Part shown: positions 8,951 through 12,354 of the stretch, one piece after another
Layout of the letters: the number at the start of each line of letters is the position of its first letter
Position numbering within the stretch: the first letter of the stretch is position 1
NCBI GenBank assembly: GCA_964248365.1
Contig: CAXTYC010000064.1
Location: forward strand, 1-12,354
Source of the DNA: an uncultured Chroococcidiopsis sp.
GTDB lineage: Bacteria; Cyanobacteriota; Cyanobacteriia; Cyanobacteriales; Chroococcidiopsidaceae
Direction: 5' to 3'
Length of the DNA: 12,354 nucleotides
Position numbers and translations under genes: made by a program
Notes under the pieces: model-generated
Told to the model about the DNA's origin: nothing
What the model saw: the letters and a program-made list of their open reading frames with translations, nothing else
Databases searched by the model: none

Positions 8951-8989
8951 TTATAATACTTTTATAATACATTATAATACAAAATGCAA
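8951..8989 (-). promoter_or_regulatory. Candidate sigma-70 promoter for rtcB overlapped by three direct repeats
   Basis: Minus strand TTGCAT (8984-8989)-N17-TATAAA (8961-8966). TTATAATAC at 8951, 8962 and 8972. Confidence 0.5.
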
Positions 8990-9199
8990 GAGCAGTCTGA
9001 GCGGGTTTTACCAACAAAAATCAGTGCATGGTATGAGCAGGATTTGGGCGCAGTGTATTACAATTTGTTAAGAAGATAACTCTTCGGGCGATCGCTTGTA
9101 AAAAGCGATGCTCTCACTTGTTATGGATTATATAGGTTAAATTTATAGTTGCAATTGAATGGCTGAAATTGTTTACACAGCAAAATCTGACCAATCTTT

Positions 9200-9227
9200 A
9201 AATCTAAAATCTAAAATCTAAAATCTA
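9200..9227. repeat. STRR-type heptamer tandem repeat (AAATCTA)x4
   Basis: Four exact copies seen directly. Confidence 0.85.
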
Positions 9228-9245
9228 AAATTGTTTTAAACTCCT

Positions 9246-10121
9246 ATGGCACGTCAAGACACGATTTGGGAACAATTCTTATCCCCCATTGTTCGCTTCT
9301 TCATCAATGAAGAGGAGCTAAAGCGTTATGCTGACAGTATTGATTGGCAAAAAGAAGGCGATCGCTTTCGACGAGCAGATGTAACAATTCCCGCCTACTA
9401 CAGTAGTCAAAACTTTCATGGCATTGAGAAGGGATATCTCAATCCTGGTGCAGCAGTTACCTACGATCCTATTACTGGGTATGTCCTGCCACCCAACGAA
9501 ATGCAAGTTCGTCAAGGCTTGATTGATCGTATTCGAGTTAAGCCCCGCCGGATTTTAGACTTAGGCTGTGGTACAGGTTCCACCACATTGATGTTAAAGC
9601 AGGCTTTTCCTCAAGCCCAAGTGATTGGCTTAGATTTGTCGCCCTATATGTTAGTCAGGGCTGAAGACAAAGCTAAAACAGCCCAGTTAGACATCGAGTG
9701 GCGACATGGTAATGCTGAAAAAACTGGATTCCCAGCAGAAAGTTTTGACTTAATAACGATTTCCTTGTTATTTCACGAAACCCCACCAGCAGTTACCCAA
9801 TCAATTTTAAATGAATGTTTCCGGCTGCTTAGAGTTGGCGGCGAAGTGTTAATTTTAGATGGCAACCAAAAAACACTGCGCCATCTAGATTGGCTGAATA
9901 ATATTTTTGAGGAACCGTATATTCGGGACTTTGCAGCAGGGAGTTTAGATGCGTGGATGGGTAAAGCGGGGTTTGAAGCGGTGCAAACTGATGATTTATG
10001 GTTAATACATCAAGTGACGAGGGGTGTTAAACCCCTGAAAGAGGAATCAGTTGTTCCACGTCCCACGTCAGGTGAAAATGCTGTTCATTCTGACTGTTGG
10101 ATTCTAGCTCCTGAATTCTAA
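9246..10121 (+). CDS. Class I SAM-dependent methyltransferase
   Basis: ILDLGCGTG motif I, IGLDLSPYML, SFDL...LLFHE, LLRVGG. Confidence 0.93.
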   Translation: MARQDTIWEQFLSPIVRFFINEEELKRYADSIDWQKEGDRFRRADVTIPAYYSSQNFHGIEKGYLNPGAAVTYDPITGYVLPPNEMQVRQGLIDRIRVKPRRILDLGCGTGSTTLMLKQAFPQAQVIGLDLSPYMLVRAEDKAKTAQLDIEWRHGNAEKTGFPAESFDLITISLLFHETPPAVTQSILNECFRLLRVGGEVLILDGNQKTLRHLDWLNNIFEEPYIRDFAAGSLDAWMGKAGFEAVQTDDLWLIHQVTRGVKPLKEESVVPRPTSGENAVHSDCWILAPEF

Positions 10122-10135
10122 GGTAACATATAGGC

Positions 10136-10864
10136 ATGACTTTAAAAGCAGTTTTATTTGATTTCAACGGTGTTATTATTAATGATGAGCCGCTCCATGA
10201 GAAGTTAATTGAGCAAATATTAATTGAGGAAAACCTACGCCCAATAGCAGGAGAGTTTCGACAGGTTTGTCTGGGTAGAAGCGATCGCGTTTGTTTAACC
10301 GAGTTACTGGGGCGACGGGGTAGAGTTGTCAGCGAAAGTTATTTAACACACTTGATGAAACGTAAGGCATTGGCGTATCAGCAACAACTGGAAAAAATAG
10401 AGAAATTACCACTTTACCCTGGTTTGTCAGACTTGATATATCAGATGCGTAAGCGTAATCTAAAACTAGCCCTCGTCAGTGGGGCAATGCGAAGTGAGAT
10501 AGAATCGGTCTTGAATCGGGCTTCTTTAGCACCAAACTTTCCTGTAATTGTTGCTGGAGATGACATAACTACCAGTAAACCCCTTCCTGATGGTTATCTC
10601 TTAGCAGTCCAACGCTTGAATCAGCAAGATCCCCATTTGCAACTGCAACCAGATGAGTGTTTAGCGATCGAAGATACTCCCGCTGGCATACAAGCGGCTA
10701 AACGAGCTGGAATATCAGTGGTTGGAGTGGCAAATACCTACCCTTTTCATATGATGCAACGACAAGCTAACTGGGCTGTAGATTATCTTTGCGATCTAGA
10801 TTTGCAATGGGTACAACAGGTATTTTCCCAGGCAAACCCTCAGCCTGTTGTTACTGAGTGTTAA
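10136..10864 (+). CDS. HAD family phosphatase/hydrolase
   Basis: LFDFNGVIIND motif I, LVSG motif II, SKP.PD.Y and IEDTPAGIQAAK motifs III/IV. Confidence 0.92.
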   Translation: MTLKAVLFDFNGVIINDEPLHEKLIEQILIEENLRPIAGEFRQVCLGRSDRVCLTELLGRRGRVVSESYLTHLMKRKALAYQQQLEKIEKLPLYPGLSDLIYQMRKRNLKLALVSGAMRSEIESVLNRASLAPNFPVIVAGDDITTSKPLPDGYLLAVQRLNQQDPHLQLQPDECLAIEDTPAGIQAAKRAGISVVGVANTYPFHMMQRQANWAVDYLCDLDLQWVQQVFSQANPQPVVTEC

Positions 10865-10929
10865 AATAACTAATAGCGATTTGATTGGTTGCAATTCATA
10901 GTTCACCCTTTATCCTTCATCCGTATTAA

Positions 10930-11002
10930 GGGGAATTAGCTCAGTTGGTAGAGCGCTGCGATCGCACCGCAGAGGTCAGGGATTCGAGTTCCCTATTCTC
11001 CA
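10930..11002 (+). tRNA. tRNA-Ala(CGC)
   Basis: Acceptor GGGGAAT/ATTCTCC with G3:U70 and discriminator A. D arm GCTCAGTTGGTAGAGC. Anticodon arm CTGCG-ATCGCAC-CGCAG. T arm AGGGA-TTCGAGT-TCCCT. No encoded CCA. Confidence 0.97.
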
Positions 11003-11004
11003 TT

Positions 11005-11160
11005 TGTCATTAAATAATTATTGTCAGTTTTAAAGAATTCTTGTCCAATTTGAGCAGATTAAGGGACACAAGTGACGTATTTTCCTGACTTTCAGCAATT
11101 TTCTCGGTTTTAAAGAATTCTTGTCCAGAGTTGAAACTCTTTTTAAAGAATTCTTGTCCA
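11005..11160 (+). mobile_element. Tn7-like (type V-K CAST-type) transposon end with four TnsB-binding-site repeats; element extends to the right
   Basis: TGT at 11005, then TAAATAATTATTGTC (11011-11025) and three exact copies of TTTTAAAGAATTCTTGTCCA (11028, 11108, 11141). Starts 2 nt after the tRNA. Confidence 0.85.
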
Positions 11161-11335
11161 AAACTACATAACAAAACTTAATTAGATTAGATATATGGAA
11201 TCTAGAAGATTACAGCAAGCCCAAGGCTCTTTATTTATAAATTTATTAAGTAGTTTTACACTATAGCTGAATTTCTCTTGCTTTGCGGCTTTCACTGGGG
11301 CAAAAGCTCCACTACTTAAAAATAGCTGCTTCTTA

Positions 11336-11367
11336 CGGTGCGATCGCAGCACTCCTTTCAAACCACC
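11336..11367 (-). CRISPR. Delocalized single repeat-spacer (homing crRNA) of type V-K CAST targeting the adjacent tRNA-Ala
   Basis: Minus strand GGTGGTTTGAAAG (11367-11355; cf. V-K repeat 3' end GGTGGGTTGAAAG) followed by GAGTGCTGCGATCGCACCG, 18/19 identical to tRNA 10951-10969, which is preceded by GTA (GTN PAM). Confidence 0.9.
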
Positions 11368-11681
11368 CTAAGTATTACAGTTGTAGATTGTTAAGAATAA
11401 GATGAGATCGCTTTTGATAGTGGTAGTACTGTGCCCATGCTTGATGTTCGCGTCGCCATCACGACTCTTGCAAAACTAGCTCAATTCTCCAAACTGCTGG
11501 AAACAGTAATTTGCACAACCACTGTCGCATTTCTGGCACGCAAAGCGCGGATAATAGACCTCGTGCCGCTTTGAATGATGCCATTGGACGAGGCGGTACT
11601 AGAGGATTGGTTGTTTGGTTTTTTTGGGTATTGATGATTGGCTCAACGTGATAGCAGGAACTCTTAAATAAATGTCAGACC

Positions 11682-11830
11682 AGAGAGGAAACTTTAAAAA
11701 TGAAGGCAACCTTGTGTTGAGTTATCTGTGAGCGTCTAGGGCGATTTATATTGAAGGTTGCCTTCATGCGCGACGTTTGAGGGGGAAGCTTCCCCCTCAA
11801 AGCTCGCTTTTTTATGCGTCATTTGTTACC
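11682..11830. mobile_element. Hairpin mini-element (copy 3), loop inverted relative to copy 2, right arm interrupted by a palindrome
   Basis: CC-N13-TAAAAATGAAGGCAACCTT ... AAGGTTGCCTTCAT [insert] TTTTTTA-N14-CC. Flanks are 10/13 and 11/14 identical to those of copy 2. Confidence 0.6.
11768..11807. repeat. Small palindromic insertion (dispersed-repeat-like)
   Basis: Perfect 26-nt palindrome TTTGAGGGGGAAGCTTCCCCCTCAAA (11776-11801), flanked by GCGA/TCGC. Confidence 0.7.
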
Positions 11831-11867
11831 CGTCAACACCAGACAACCCATACTACACAACAGATCC

Positions 11868-12197
11868 AGGGTTTTCCGTCTTAAAAATAGAGCTTGGAAT
11901 TGGCAACAAAAAAATAAATCCGGCTTCAAACAACACAAATAACTCATCCTACCAACAAACTACTCAAAAAAGCCTGATTTATTTTTTCTAGCTTTACCTC
12001 CCGTGCCGTCAAAATCGATCCCCTGTAATACTGACAGCTAACCCAATACACGGTATCCGATATATCCCCTAAAAATGAAGACAGCCTTCAAAAACGATTC
12101 CTCGTTACACCAACAGATCACCCTAATACAGAGACCGCTTCATTTTTAGAAGAAGAAACTGTGGCTGGCTCTATTTTTAGAGGTACATCGGATTCCC
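11868..12197. mobile_element. Hairpin mini-element (copy 4, outer) containing nested copies 5 (~11909-11987) and 6 (12054-12164)
   Basis: CC-N14-TAAAAATAGAGC (11882-11893) and GCTCTATTTTTA (12168-12179)-GAGGTACATCGGATT-CCC. Inner stems 11909-11926/11970-11987 (17/18 paired) and 12069-12080/12138-12149 (12 bp perfect). Confidence 0.62.
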
Positions 12198-12218
12198 ACC
12201 AATACACGGAAAACATTG

Positions 12219-12354
12219 GTTGGGTCGAAGGGGGCTATTATGCCCCGCAGCTCCCATGCGCGAATTGGACGTGCAAGTTTCCCCGCATCCATCTCCCGAT
12301 GTTCTAATACCAAGTTGCGGTCTAAGAAGATATGCTTAGATGAGGAAAAAAAGT
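12219..12354 (-). mobile_element. Group II intron 3' end (domains V and VI), probably degenerate; continues beyond the window
   Basis: Minus strand GAGATGGATGCGGGGAAACTTGCACGTCCAATTC (12295-12262), a 34-nt domain V with GAAA loop and AC bulge. Then a domain VI hairpin ending CGACCCAAC, with A at -7 from an AC terminus. Confidence 0.85.

Noticed and set aside
44..9515. Short alternative ORFs (44-394, 288-503, 413-778, 448-708, 786-1034, 907-1092, 1270-1455, 1850-2158, 3780-4010, 4005-4247, 4616-4897, 4819-5232, 4848-5054, 5180-5416, 7494-7757, 8416-8598, 9318-9515)
   Set aside because: Antisense or out-of-frame shadows of better-supported genes; no recognisable motifs.
11011..11160. CRISPR array from the 20-bp direct repeats
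   Set aside because: Irregular spacing (about 20, 80 and 33 bp) and position behind TGT fit transposase-binding sites.
11571..11585. AATGATG+CCATT as the opposite transposon end with target duplication
   Set aside because: No terminal ACA and no inverted TnsB sites upstream; likely chance.
11600..11642. G/T-rich stretch as a further inverted loop unit
   Set aside because: The skew is similar but the motif blocks and TAAAAAT arms cannot be aligned convincingly.
11758..11991. 77-aa ORF
   Set aside because: TTG start, low-complexity product, and it lies wholly across nested non-coding repeats.

Overview
Chromosomal window from a cyanobacterium. The basis is more than a dozen HIP1 GCGATCGC sites, heptamer tandem repeats and a gene content typical of filamentous/Nostocales-like strains. 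Bases 1-10.9 kb carry ordinary genes: a LEA-like secreted protein, a DUF393/DCC thiol oxidoreductase, a Mo-nitrogenase-C-terminal-domain protein, a sigma-70-like regulator coupled to DUF1822, a caspase-TM-WD40 protein, a small HTH ORF, rtcB, a SAM methyltransferase and a HAD phosphatase, followed by tRNA-Ala(CGC). The interesting content is non-coding. (1) Two nucleotides after the tRNA a Tn7-like end begins (TGT plus 4 TnsB-type sites). About 330 bp further in there is a delocalized type V-K CAST homing unit: a truncated GGTGGTTTGAAAG repeat plus a 19-nt spacer matching the tRNA next to a GTA PAM. No array, tracrRNA or cas12k is visible in the window. (2) A family of ~110-nt hairpin elements that I cannot assign to a known class: CC/GG - N13-16 - TAAAAAT-stem - conserved ~46-nt loop - stem-ATTTTTA - N14-15 - CC/GG. 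They are inserted into each other like Russian dolls, once in the rtcB leader (2 copies) and once inside the transposon (4-5 copies). Stems differ between copies but keep pairing, and the loop occurs in both orientations relative to the ends. (3) The 3' end (domains V-VI) of a probably degenerate group II intron abuts that nest at the window edge.
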